Source: an uncultured Gemmatimonadota bacterium (lineage in GTDB: Bacteria; JAAXHH01). From it: a stretch of 64,000 bases of DNA. This document shows, piece after piece, positions 18,712-27,872 of this stretch. The translations under genes were made by a program, and so were the position numbers. The notes below the pieces were generated by a model that did no database searches, was not told where the DNA came from, and worked only from the letters and a program-made list of their open reading frames with translations. Location of the stretch: contig OX638340.1 of NCBI GenBank assembly GCA_951812955.1, positions 1,728,001-1,792,000 on the forward strand, in the 5' to 3' direction. Each line of letters opens with the position of its first letter. Within the stretch, counting starts at the first letter, position 1.

Positions 18712-20346
18712 ATGAACGTCGCACAGGCGGTTGCCCACGTATTGAAGAAGGAAGGGGTCGAGTACCTCTTTGCGTACCCAGTCAACCCACTGATCGAAAG
18801 CGCCGCGGAGCTGGACATCCGCACGGTGATCGTACGTCAGGAACGGATCGGCCTCCACATGGCGGACGCGGTCAGCCGGTTGTCTTCCGGCCGCAAGATC
18901 GGCGTGTTCTGCATGCAGAGCGGACCCGGTACCGAGAACGCCTATGGCGGTGTTGCGCAGGCCTTCGGCGAATCGGTACCCATCGTGGTCCTCCCGATGG
19001 GCTACCGGAGGAAGGTCGCCCAGTTACCGCCGAATTTCCATGCCTATCTCAACTTCCAACACATCACCAAGTCCTGTGAATACCTTGTGCTTCCCGAGAC
19101 CGTATCGGAGGTGATGCGCCGGGCGTTCACCCGGGTCAAAAACGGACGGCCGGGTCCGGCACTGGTGGAGTTCCCGACCGATCTCCTGGGCGAGGAGGTG
19201 CCCGAGCCATTTGATTACAGGGCTACTCCTTCCGTCCGCGTCGGACCCGATCCGGACGCGGTGCGTGACGTCGCCGAGGTACTGGTCGCGGCGGAAAGGC
19301 CGGTCATCTACGCCGGCCAGGGGGTGCACTACGCCCGCGCCTGGCCCGAACTCAAGCAACTGGCCGAGTTACTGGAAGCGCCGGTAACCACCAGCCTTGA
19401 CGGCAAGAGCGCCTTCCCGGAAGACCATCCCCTGTCCCTGGGCAACGGAGGACGGTCGATGCCGGAGCCTGTTCATGTTTTCGTGCAAAATGCCGACGTG
19501 ATCTTCGGGATCGGGTGCAGCTTCACTCGGACGAATTTCGGCCTGACCATGCCAGAGGGAAAGACGTATATCCACGCCACGCTGGATCCGGACGACATAA
19601 ACAAGGACGTGGAATCCGCCTATCCCATCGTAGGCGATGCCGCGCTGACGCTCAGGGCCCTAATCGAGGAGGTATCGGACAGGTTGAAGAGAAAGCCGCG
19701 CGGCAGGCGCGACGGGATCGCGGCAGAAATCCGGACGATCCGGCGGCGCTGGATGAACGCCTGGATGCCGAAACTCCGGGACGCATCCACGCCGTTCTCC
19801 CCTTACCGGGTCATCAACGACATGATCGAAACCGTCGACATCGAGCGAACGATCATCACGCACGACGCGGGCAGCCCACGTGACCAACTTACCCCCTTCT
19901 GGCCGTCAACCACGCCCCTGAGCTACATCGGCTGGGGCAAGACCACGCAGCTAGGCTACGGCCTCGGCCTGGCCATGGGCGCAAAGCTGGCCCACCCCGA
20001 CAGGCTCTGCATAAACGTGTGGGGCGACGCGGCCATCGGGTTCACGGGCATGGACTTCGAAACGGCCGTGCGCGAGCGCATCCCCATCCTCTCCGTCCTT
20101 TTCAACAACCACTCCATGGCCATAGAGATTCCCGTCATGCCCACATCGCAGGCAAAGTACGGCGCGACCGACATTTCGGGAAACTACGCCATGATGGCTG
20201 AGGCCTTCGGCGGCTACGGGGAGCGGGTCGAGTCTCCCGAAGAGATCATCCCGGCGCTGAAGCGGGGTATAAGGAAAACGGAAGAAGGAGTGCCGGCGCT
20301 GCTGGAGTTCATGACGAGCAAGGAAATCGACTTCTCATTCTTTTGA
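18712..20346 (+). CDS. Thiamine-pyrophosphate-dependent enzyme (acetolactate synthase large-subunit-like)
   Basis: Three-domain TPP enzyme layout. GDG-type TPP-binding segment (GDAAIGFTGMDFETA...NN) near the C-terminus. Confidence 0.85.
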   Translation: MNVAQAVAHVLKKEGVEYLFAYPVNPLIESAAELDIRTVIVRQERIGLHMADAVSRLSSGRKIGVFCMQSGPGTENAYGGVAQAFGESVPIVVLPMGYRRKVAQLPPNFHAYLNFQHITKSCEYLVLPETVSEVMRRAFTRVKNGRPGPALVEFPTDLLGEEVPEPFDYRATPSVRVGPDPDAVRDVAEVLVAAERPVIYAGQGVHYARAWPELKQLAELLEAPVTTSLDGKSAFPEDHPLSLGNGGRSMPEPVHVFVQNADVIFGIGCSFTRTNFGLTMPEGKTYIHATLDPDDINKDVESAYPIVGDAALTLRALIEEVSDRLKRKPRGRRDGIAAEIRTIRRRWMNAWMPKLRDASTPFSPYRVINDMIETVDIERTIITHDAGSPRDQLTPFWPSTTPLSYIGWGKTTQLGYGLGLAMGAKLAHPDRLCINVWGDAAIGFTGMDFETAVRERIPILSVLFNNHSMAIEIPVMPTSQAKYGATDISGNYAMMAEAFGGYGERVESPEEIIPALKRGIRKTEEGVPALLEFMTSKEIDFSFF

Positions 20347-20412
20347 TTCGGGCGTTCTGCTGATTAGCGCTGCGCGGTCGCGTCCTCGCCTGCCCCGATC
20401 GGGCGCGCTGCT

Positions 20413-21597
20413 TTACTGCTTCGGGCGCGCTGCTGAATCCTGACGCGCCGCCGTGTCCAGGCGTGTTTTCGAATCCTCCTGCGCCGCATTCCCTTTAAAT
20501 CGATCTACCAGGAACGGGCCCATGGCCTCCGGCACCTCGCCGGTTGCGATGAGATCCGCGACCAGCCGGCCGGTTAATGGCGCCAGCAGAATGCCGTTGC
20601 GGTAATGGCCGGTGGCGAGAACGAGATGCTCCAGACTCGAGGGACCGAGTATGGGCTTGCCGTCCTTCGACATGGGCCGCAATCCCGCCCAGGTCTCCAC
20701 CACGGGTGCGCCTGCCAGTCCGGGCGCCATGCGGAGTCCATGCTCCATCACAGCAGACAGGCCGCCGGCCGTAACGCTGGTGTCGAAACCTGTCTTCTCC
20801 ACCGTGGCGCCAAATAGCACGCGTCCGTCACGGCGGGGAACAAGGTATTGCCCCAGTCCATTGATGACCCTTGTAACTGTGGGGAAACCGCTTCCGTCGA
20901 CGCAAACTATCTGGCCGCGTACAGGTTCGACGGGCAGTGGCAGTCCGGGAATCCAGTTCTGCAGACCGGACCACGCGCCTGCCGCAATGACAACCCGGTC
21001 CGCGCCAATCCGCCCGTCTGGCAAGATGACCCCGGTCACCCGGTTATTCCGTACAATCAGGTCGATGACTGGGTCTCCGACAAGGAATTCCCCGCCACGG
21101 CCCTTGACCGCTGCAACCAGCGCCCGGACGAGCCGCCTGTTCTCCACCTGGTGCATGCCTTCAAAGAACAGTCCGCACCTGGTTTCAGGCGAGAGCATTG
21201 GTTCAAGTGTGCGGACCTCTTCGCTGTTGAGTCGATCGACCGGTAACCCCAGTTCCTGCTGGTGGTGGTACCGCTGCGCCAGTTCTTCCGATTCCTCCTC
21301 GTCGAAGGCGACCTGGAGCCCCCCTTCCGTTCGGTATTCGATGTCGATGCCTGACTCCGCCAGCAACGCGGCGGACCAGTCCGCGAACATGTCGCGGCTT
21401 GCCATGCACAGATCGAGGTAGGGGCGATGAAACGGACGCGCGCCCTGCGGGGCCAGGACGCCGGCGGAAGCCCAGGAAGCCCCCATACCGGGTTGGCGCG
21501 GATCCACGAGGATTGCGCTCATCCCGCGGCACAGCAATTCACGGGCGACGGACAGACCGATTACGCCCGCGCCAACGATAATCACATCCGTTCTCAT
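20413..21597 (-). CDS. FAD-dependent oxidoreductase (glycine oxidase / D-amino-acid-oxidase-like)
   Basis: N-terminal GxGxxG Rossmann fold VIIVGAGVIGLSVA and DAO-family C-terminal motifs. Confidence 0.85.
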   Translation of the reverse strand: MRTDVIIVGAGVIGLSVARELLCRGMSAILVDPRQPGMGASWASAGVLAPQGARPFHRPYLDLCMASRDMFADWSAALLAESGIDIEYRTEGGLQVAFDEEESEELAQRYHHQQELGLPVDRLNSEEVRTLEPMLSPETRCGLFFEGMHQVENRRLVRALVAAVKGRGGEFLVGDPVIDLIVRNNRVTGVILPDGRIGADRVVIAAGAWSGLQNWIPGLPLPVEPVRGQIVCVDGSGFPTVTRVINGLGQYLVPRRDGRVLFGATVEKTGFDTSVTAGGLSAVMEHGLRMAPGLAGAPVVETWAGLRPMSKDGKPILGPSSLEHLVLATGHYRNGILLAPLTGRLVADLIATGEVPEAMGPFLVDRFKGNAAQEDSKTRLDTAARQDSAARPKQ

Positions 21598-21802
21598 GAT
21601 GAAGAACCCGGTATATATCTCAATTCAAATTTATATGTTGATTCTTATTTCGATCAACATTGACAATCTATATTTTGCCATTTTAGATAACATCGCGAAG
21701 GCAAAATCGCGGACCCAGTCGATCTACCCAGTCGATCTACTTATTCGATCTATCTACAGAATCTGCCTACGGGATCTGCCTAACCGATCGATCTAACCGA
21801 TC
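21598..21802. promoter_or_regulatory. AT-rich intergenic region with clustered CGATCTA / GATC direct repeats upstream of the FAD-oxidoreductase gene
   Basis: AT-rich tract at 21598-21700, then CCCAGTCGATCTAC x2 (21714-21740) and seven GATC tetramers between 21721 and 21802, counted by eye. Confidence 0.5.
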
Positions 21803-22866
21803 TCCCCAGGCGCGACGGCACGGTGTTCCGCCATGGACAGGTAGGCAGCGTTGACAAGTTGAAGGGTCTTGAGGTTATCTCTCCCATTGGTCTCGGGTAG
21901 CCGATCCTGTTCGATGGATGCCATCAGTTCACCCATCGGACCGATGAAGGAATCGGGGATCCAACGTTCCTCGAATCGATGGTTTATGGTCTTGTTGGCA
22001 TCGATCTTTCGGCTGGAATAGCTCAGCGTGTCCGGCCGGCCGTGGGGATAGTCGTAAAGCAGGCCAAAAGTCCCCGCGGTGTACCCCTCCGTTCCGTCGA
22101 TGCGCAGCGTCGCGAAGCACTCCTCCGTCCAGTTGTTGTGATTGACGGACACCAGGGCGCGGAAGGTGTCCGAATACTCGAACACGGTAATTGTGCGCGT
22201 TTCCCCGGTTGCCGCGTGCCCCGGATAGGATGCCCCGGACGACCACACGCGCTCAGGTTGACCGAAGAGGGAACGCATGCTGTCAAAATAATGTATACTG
22301 TGAAACATCAGGTCGAGACCCTCGGCCTCAAGGACCCAGGGCCAGGCCCGCCATTCGGTAAGGATGCTCACGTCGATCACGGCCGAAGCGGGATCGCCCA
22401 GCAGTCCACGGTTCAGCAGGTTCCTGGAGGCCCTTACGGCCTGGTCCCACCGCATCTGCTGGTTCACGGCCAGGTTCACGCCGCTCGCCTCCGCCATCTC
22501 AACGATCTCAACGGCTTCGGCGTATACATTGGAGAGCGGTTTCTGGCAAAGCAGATGCTTGCCGGCCATGGTCGCTTTCCGCACGAGTTCCTTCTGGTGC
22601 CAGGGGGGGACGGCGATGTCCACGATTTCTACTTTGGGGTCGTCGAGCAACGATTCTACGGAAGGATACACCCTGGGCACCTCAAACTCCCGGGCGGTCC
22701 GGTTCGCCTTGTCGACGTCCTTGTCCGTCAAGCCGACCACGTTGAATCCCGCCTTGCGATAGGCGGGGAGGTGCGCAGCATTTACGATCCCGCCCGCCCC
22801 GACTATGCCAATACCATAGTCCAGCTTTTTGCCCAGTTCGGGACGGTAATCCAGATCCAGGTTCAT
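21793..22866 (-). CDS. Gfo/Idh/MocA-family NAD(P)-dependent oxidoreductase
   Basis: N-terminal Rossmann GIVGAGGIVNAAHLPA and a C-terminal alpha/beta dimerisation domain. Confidence 0.9.
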   Translation of the reverse strand: MNLDLDYRPELGKKLDYGIGIVGAGGIVNAAHLPAYRKAGFNVVGLTDKDVDKANRTAREFEVPRVYPSVESLLDDPKVEIVDIAVPPWHQKELVRKATMAGKHLLCQKPLSNVYAEAVEIVEMAEASGVNLAVNQQMRWDQAVRASRNLLNRGLLGDPASAVIDVSILTEWRAWPWVLEAEGLDLMFHSIHYFDSMRSLFGQPERVWSSGASYPGHAATGETRTITVFEYSDTFRALVSVNHNNWTEECFATLRIDGTEGYTAGTFGLLYDYPHGRPDTLSYSSRKIDANKTINHRFEERWIPDSFIGPMGELMASIEQDRLPETNGRDNLKTLQLVNAAYLSMAEHRAVAPGEIG

Positions 22867-23041
22867 CTAACATACCTCCTTGATTCGGGTTCATCGGAAA
22901 CGCAGTAATTATACGGCGGCGCGGCCGGACCGGACAGAAAAAACACTTCGATTCATCTGGCCCTGGAGAGCCGGCCGTTATATCATCCACAACCACGGAT
23001 CCGGTTACAACTCGAAGCCTTTCACCGATCAAGGCCCTTTC

Positions 23042-25441
23042 ATGAACCTGGATAGGCACTCCATAACAAGCATCCTGCGCGGGAAGCCGTACCTGTCCGC
23101 TACCGCGATCCTGACGGCAGCCGCGGCGGGGATGACGCAGATGCCCCTCGTGGATGACCTCGGATTCGAGTTCGCCTTCCTGACTGCCTTCATCGCCACC
23201 TTCGTCGCGGGCCTGATGACCCTCCATCTCGTGAACGGCTGGCGATCGAGCCGCGTTCAGAACACCTGTCTTTCGGTGCTACTTTGCTTGCTCTTCTGCC
23301 TTTCCCTGTCGACGCTCTTGCTGCCGCTGGCCGTGATGTACGTCAAAAGCTGGATCAGCGGTTTCTGCAACGTGCCCGAGGGTCTCGCGTTCTATTTGCT
23401 GCTTCCCGGCATAAGCGTCCTGTGGTCCACCGCCGTCGCTTTGATCTGTGCGCTCGCAACCAATCGTAAACTACACGCCACGCTTCTCTTTCTCGGCGCC
23501 ATGTTCGTTTCGATCGGTATCAGCGTCTTTCGTCTGGCCACCCAACCACCCGTTTTCGCGTACAACCCGATCATCGGATATTTCCCCGGGCCGATTTACG
23601 ATGAAGTGGTGGTCATTACCTCGACGCTGCTTGCGGCGCGGGCCATCGTCCTTGTCAGTGTCCTTGCGATGGTCGCCGGCCTGTGCGTCTGTTTCGACTC
23701 ATCGGCTCGGAAGATCCGTCCCTCGCTGCTCATGAAGTTCCGCGGCGGCGGGCCGGACGGCAGCCAAGCTGGCGGGCCGGACGGCGGACCGGACGGCAGC
23801 CAGGTTGGTGGGAACGCCGCACCTGCCATGGCCATGCGGGTTATTTTCCTGGCTTTGCTGGCCGTGCTGGCTGCAGCCTACGCCTACCGTGCGCCGCTGG
23901 GCATCGTGATCGATCGAGCGTACATCCAGCAGACCCTGGGGGGCCACAGGCAGACGGCCCACTTCAACATCTACTATGACCATAATACCATTTCGAACTG
24001 GAACATCGATCTCATCGCACGGGATCACGAGTATCAGCTCGACCGGATCATGAGCTACCTGGACGTGCCGCCCCCGTCGACGCGCATCGCGTCGTACATC
24101 TATGCCAACGCAGACCAGAAGAAAAAGCTGATGGGCGCCCGCCATACGTCCATCGAACGACCGGGGTCGGATGAAATGCATCTCAACAACGCGGCGTTTC
24201 CACATCCCGTACTGAAACATGAACTGGTGCATGTGCTGTCCGCTTCATTCGGGAATTCCCTCTACGGAGGCAGCTACTGGATAGGATTCCACGAAGGGCT
24301 GGCCGAGGCGGTGGATTGGCAGGACGCCCCCATGAACCCGCACGAGTGGAGCCGTGCCATGCGTGAGCTCGGCCTCGCCCCGCCCCTGGAGAACCTGCTG
24401 AGCATGACGGGATTCTGGACGGCCTCGTCCTCGCGCAGTTACACGCTGTGCGGTTCTTTCGTGCGTTTCCTGATCGAACGCTATGGCTTGCCCGCGTTCA
24501 AGAAGGCCTTCCCCACCGGCGCCGTCGAGGAGTCCTACGGCCGGAAGCCAGCGGAATTGATCGCCGAATGGGAGACATTCGTGGATGGTATTCAATTGCG
24601 GGAAGACCAACTCCGGATCGCCCGTCAGCGGTTCATTCGTCCCGCCATCTTCAGGCGGCGCTGTCCCCACGAGGTGGCCGCGCTGATCGACCGGGCCTGG
24701 CAGGCGTATAGCGCACGGCGGTATTCGGATGCCGTGCGAGACTTTGACCGCGTGCTCGAACTGGAGCCCGAGAACCCTTCGGCCCTGCGAGGCTTGCTGT
24801 ACGGAACCTACCGGTTGGAGGACTACGAACGGAGCGAGTCGGCCGCCCTGCTGATCGAACGTCCGGACCAGACCGTCGGGCTGCTGGCGGACGCCCACCT
24901 GGTCCGTGGCGACACGGCCTGGAAGACGGGAAGGCTGGACGATGCCCGACGCAGTTACGAAGCGGTCGCGGACCTGCACGCGTCGGAAGACATGTCGCGC
25001 GCTGCGTCCATCCGGATGGAGGTGCTCGACCGGGAACCAATCCGTGATACAATCATGGCCTACTTGACTGCCGTGAGCGGCCACTGGCGCCTGATCCTGT
25101 CCGTCCGGGACGCGGGCGATCTCGCGCCTGACTATGGAGCGGCCTACTACCTCTTAGGCCGCTGGCTGTTCCGCTCCGGATCCTACGTAGAAGCTTTGAA
25201 GTACCTGGCGAAAGCGGATGCGCTCGGACTCCCGGGCGAACTCGTGCAACAGGAAAGCCTTCGTCTGGCGGCAATGGCACACTTCTACCTGGAGGATTAC
25301 GAGAATTCGGCCGAATACTTCGAACGCCTGGCGGCGCTGGCCGGGGCGAGCGGCTCGAGCGGCGTGGCCAAAACCTGGGAAGCCTGGATAGACCGTTGCC
25401 GTTGGTACCAGGAGACCGGATCGGAAGATCTCGACAGCTAG
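23042..25441 (+). CDS. Polytopic membrane protein with HExxH motif and C-terminal TPR repeats (putative membrane-anchored metallopeptidase)
   Basis: N-terminal about 9 TM helices, HELVHVL...GFHEGLAE, and a C-terminal array of TPR-like helices. The likely start is MNLDRHS at 23042; the track ORF begins at 22880, which would overlap the divergent neighbour's start region. Confidence 0.65.
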   Translation: MNLDRHSITSILRGKPYLSATAILTAAAAGMTQMPLVDDLGFEFAFLTAFIATFVAGLMTLHLVNGWRSSRVQNTCLSVLLCLLFCLSLSTLLLPLAVMYVKSWISGFCNVPEGLAFYLLLPGISVLWSTAVALICALATNRKLHATLLFLGAMFVSIGISVFRLATQPPVFAYNPIIGYFPGPIYDEVVVITSTLLAARAIVLVSVLAMVAGLCVCFDSSARKIRPSLLMKFRGGGPDGSQAGGPDGGPDGSQVGGNAAPAMAMRVIFLALLAVLAAAYAYRAPLGIVIDRAYIQQTLGGHRQTAHFNIYYDHNTISNWNIDLIARDHEYQLDRIMSYLDVPPPSTRIASYIYANADQKKKLMGARHTSIERPGSDEMHLNNAAFPHPVLKHELVHVLSASFGNSLYGGSYWIGFHEGLAEAVDWQDAPMNPHEWSRAMRELGLAPPLENLLSMTGFWTASSSRSYTLCGSFVRFLIERYGLPAFKKAFPTGAVEESYGRKPAELIAEWETFVDGIQLREDQLRIARQRFIRPAIFRRRCPHEVAALIDRAWQAYSARRYSDAVRDFDRVLELEPENPSALRGLLYGTYRLEDYERSESAALLIERPDQTVGLLADAHLVRGDTAWKTGRLDDARRSYEAVADLHASEDMSRAASIRMEVLDREPIRDTIMAYLTAVSGHWRLILSVRDAGDLAPDYGAAYYLLGRWLFRSGSYVEALKYLAKADALGLPGELVQQESLRLAAMAHFYLEDYENSAEYFERLAALAGASGSSGVAKTWEAWIDRCRWYQETGSEDLDS

Positions 25442-25493
25442 GCGCGGTACTTGCCGCGCTCTGAAGTCCTTGATGAAACGCTTGTGGCGAGAT

Positions 25494-25725
25494 GGCGCGG
25501 GGAGCGGCACGACTGGCCGGCGAGGTACGGGGAGTGGGAGGTATGGAACGCGGGAGCGGCACGACTGGCCGGCGAGATTGCGCGGGGAGCGGCACGACTG
25601 GCCGGCGAGGTACGGCGAGCGAAAAGCGGCACAGCTGGCGGGCGTGTTGCGCGGGGAGAGGCACGACTGGCCGGCGGGTACGGCGAGCGAAAAGTGGCAC
25701 AGCTGGCGGGCGTGTTGCGTGAATG
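25494..25725. repeat. Complex tandem/interspersed repeat array in the convergent intergenic spacer
   Basis: Core GGGAGCGGCACGACTGGCCGGCGAG at 25500, 25552, 25585 and (variant) 25644, plus a second unit GTACGGCGAGCGAAAAG(C/T)GGCACAGCTGGCGGGCGTGTTGCG x2. Confidence 0.8.
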
Positions 25726-25735
25726 CGTCCGGCGA

Positions 25736-26260
25736 CTACCACCCCGATATGGACTGGTTCAGGATCTCCTCTGCCATCTTTTCGATAGCGGTTTCGATCG
25801 CTGGCTCGCGGTCGGTTTCGGTGCCGGTGTCGATCGCGTAGTCGCCGTAGGTGCGCAGCTGCCTTTCCTCCCAGACCACTTCCTTCTTGTCCACTGTTTC
25901 AAAACGTACGTCCACGACGATCCAGAGGCGGACCTCCCGGGCCAGTGTTCCCTCAGAGAACGCCACGGACTCTTCCTGCAAATCGGTGATCACCCCGATG
26001 ATCGCCGCGTCCGCCTGCCGCAAGTCCACGATGCGGAATTCACCGTTGGTGAGAAACCGCTCGATAACTTCATCCGTCAACGTCTCCTGGATGCCGGTCT
26101 CCACGGTGGTGTTATCGAAAAGTGGAATGACGATGTTTCGAATGTCTCCGGCCCGCGATCCCTGCGAAGTGGAGTAATAGCACGACGTAACCACCATGCA
26201 GGCGCAAAGAAAAGAGATAAGGAAGGCGACTGGGTTTCGCTGTGGTTTCAGTTTCATCAT
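25736..26260 (-). CDS. Lipoprotein (LptE/LpoB-like, function uncertain)
   Basis: Start at ATGATG 26260 with a GGAG RBS. Lipobox-like signal MMKLKPQRNPVAFLISFLCAC. Confidence 0.5.
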   Translation of the reverse strand: MMKLKPQRNPVAFLISFLCACMVVTSCYYSTSQGSRAGDIRNIVIPLFDNTTVETGIQETLTDEVIERFLTNGEFRIVDLRQADAAIIGVITDLQEESVAFSEGTLAREVRLWIVVDVRFETVDKKEVVWEERQLRTYGDYAIDTGTETDREPAIETAIEKMAEEILNQSISGW

Positions 26261-26339
26261 GCCATGCTCCGCTCGTTGATCATCATGCCATTCTATACAT
26301 GTACAATTGTACGTCACGTTCCACGCGTACTTCTTCGTA

Positions 26340-26435
26340 ACGCCACGCTCCATGCGTTCAACGCCGCGTCACTTTCCGCTCGTTCAACGCCACGCTCCGC
26401 TCGTTCAACGTCACGCCACTTTCCGCTCGTTTAGT
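26340..26435. repeat. Short tandem repeats (CCGCTCGTTCAACGCCACG-like units and CACTTTCCGCTCGTT x2)
   Basis: Read directly between the lipoprotein start and the 3' end of the SpoIID gene. Confidence 0.7.
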
Positions 26436-27837
26436 TGTACGCGCGTTTCAGGTCGACACCACGATAGTAGTGTTTCAGAATCTGGTCGTACTTGTACCCC
26501 TGTCCTGCCATTCCTATTGCGCCCATCTGGCACATGCCGATGCCATGGCCATACCCACCGCCTTCCGCCACGATGGTGTCTCTCCTGTACGTCAGATCGA
26601 ACTTCGTGCTGCGGAGCATCGGCTGGCCCTGGACAGGACGCCGTAACGCGGAACGTATCCTGTCGCCGCGCAGTGTCGCCGTGCCGTGATTCGATTTGAT
26701 CTCCAGCAATTGAACGCGCCCGCTCGAAGATCGTTGCTTTATATCGATGCCACGAAGAGAAAACTCACCCGCCTTGCGCTGGTCCATGCCGGGCAACCTG
26801 GCGGCCAGGATGTTCTCCAGCGTCTCCTTCTTCCACTCCACGCGCCATTCATAGACCGGCGAATGCCTGCAGAATTCATCGCTTCTGCCGTCCCTGTCCC
26901 GCACGGAGCGCAGGTACGGAACGGGACTGGAACCCCAGGCGTCCTCGATGGATTCGGTCGCGCCTCCGCAGGTCGAAGAGTAAAACGCGGAGATCGGCTT
27001 GCCCTTGTACATAGCGATCATTCCGCGTGTTTCCGAAATCGCCCTGTCGGCGATGGGCCATTCCGCACTGTAGCCCCGGTATATCTGGTCGGAGACGGTG
27101 CTGTAAAGATCGAATCCCAGACTTTTGCGTCTACCCAGGTTCGACACGGTGTAGGTCCGGGCCGCTACCGCCTGGGCCTTCATGGCCTCGATACGGTCCT
27201 CCTTCAACTTGCCGATTTCGGGGGGTACGACCCCGCGCAGGTAATTCTCCAGGTCGAGGATATTCACCACCGTCAACTTGCCCTTGCTGTTGGAAACCAC
27301 CTCCATCGTTCCGCGGTATTCCCTTTCAGATACCTTGAGGCGCCCTTCCCGAGTTAGAGGGCTTACCTGGATCGGGCCGGTATACAAACCCTGGGCATTG
27401 CCGTCCGGAGAGGACACGTCAATCCACGCGCCTTTCGCCTGCATTTTCCATATGTGACCAGGTGACGACGTACCGATCACCTCGCCGCTGGATTGGTCCA
27501 CGACCTTGAAGCCGCCTGTTCCGGTCATGCTTGCCGAGTCCCTGTTCACGAGCAGACCGATCCTGATCATCGGAAGCTGGCCGGGTTTAAAAGCCACTGA
27601 AGGCGTGGACGGCGCGGAAGGAGCCGGCGGCGTGGCGCGAACAGATGGGAGCGGTCGCCCTGCACATCCGAAGATTACCAGGAACAATACACTAACTGCC
27701 CACCACGCGGGCCGTCCGTGGACCGGTTGGTGGGCCGGCATGTGGACTGGTACGAGGGCCGGCACATGGTCAGGCACGTGGTTGCCGCGGATTCGTCTTG
27801 CGGTGTTCCCGAACTTCGTAACGTTGAAGCGCATCAA
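26431..27837 (-). CDS. SpoIID/LytB-domain protein (amidase-enhancer / lytic-transglycosylase-like)
   Basis: SpoIID-domain motifs AQAVAARTY...YSSTCGG. The N-terminus in the track ORF is probably over-extended. Confidence 0.85.
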   Translation of the reverse strand: MMRFNVTKFGNTARRIRGNHVPDHVPALVPVHMPAHQPVHGRPAWWAVSVLFLVIFGCAGRPLPSVRATPPAPSAPSTPSVAFKPGQLPMIRIGLLVNRDSASMTGTGGFKVVDQSSGEVIGTSSPGHIWKMQAKGAWIDVSSPDGNAQGLYTGPIQVSPLTREGRLKVSEREYRGTMEVVSNSKGKLTVVNILDLENYLRGVVPPEIGKLKEDRIEAMKAQAVAARTYTVSNLGRRKSLGFDLYSTVSDQIYRGYSAEWPIADRAISETRGMIAMYKGKPISAFYSSTCGGATESIEDAWGSSPVPYLRSVRDRDGRSDEFCRHSPVYEWRVEWKKETLENILAARLPGMDQRKAGEFSLRGIDIKQRSSSGRVQLLEIKSNHGTATLRGDRIRSALRRPVQGQPMLRSTKFDLTYRRDTIVAEGGGYGHGIGMCQMGAIGMAGQGYKYDQILKHYYRGVDLKRAYN

Positions 27838-27872
27838 GGACTATCCTCCACTCTACTCATCATCCGGGCAGG

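Noticed and set aside
21598-21802. Chromosomal origin (oriC) suggested by the AT-rich tract plus GATC cluster
   Set aside because: No DnaA-box-like TTATCCACA motifs are visible. The region lies between two metabolic genes with no dnaA, dnaN or gidA context.
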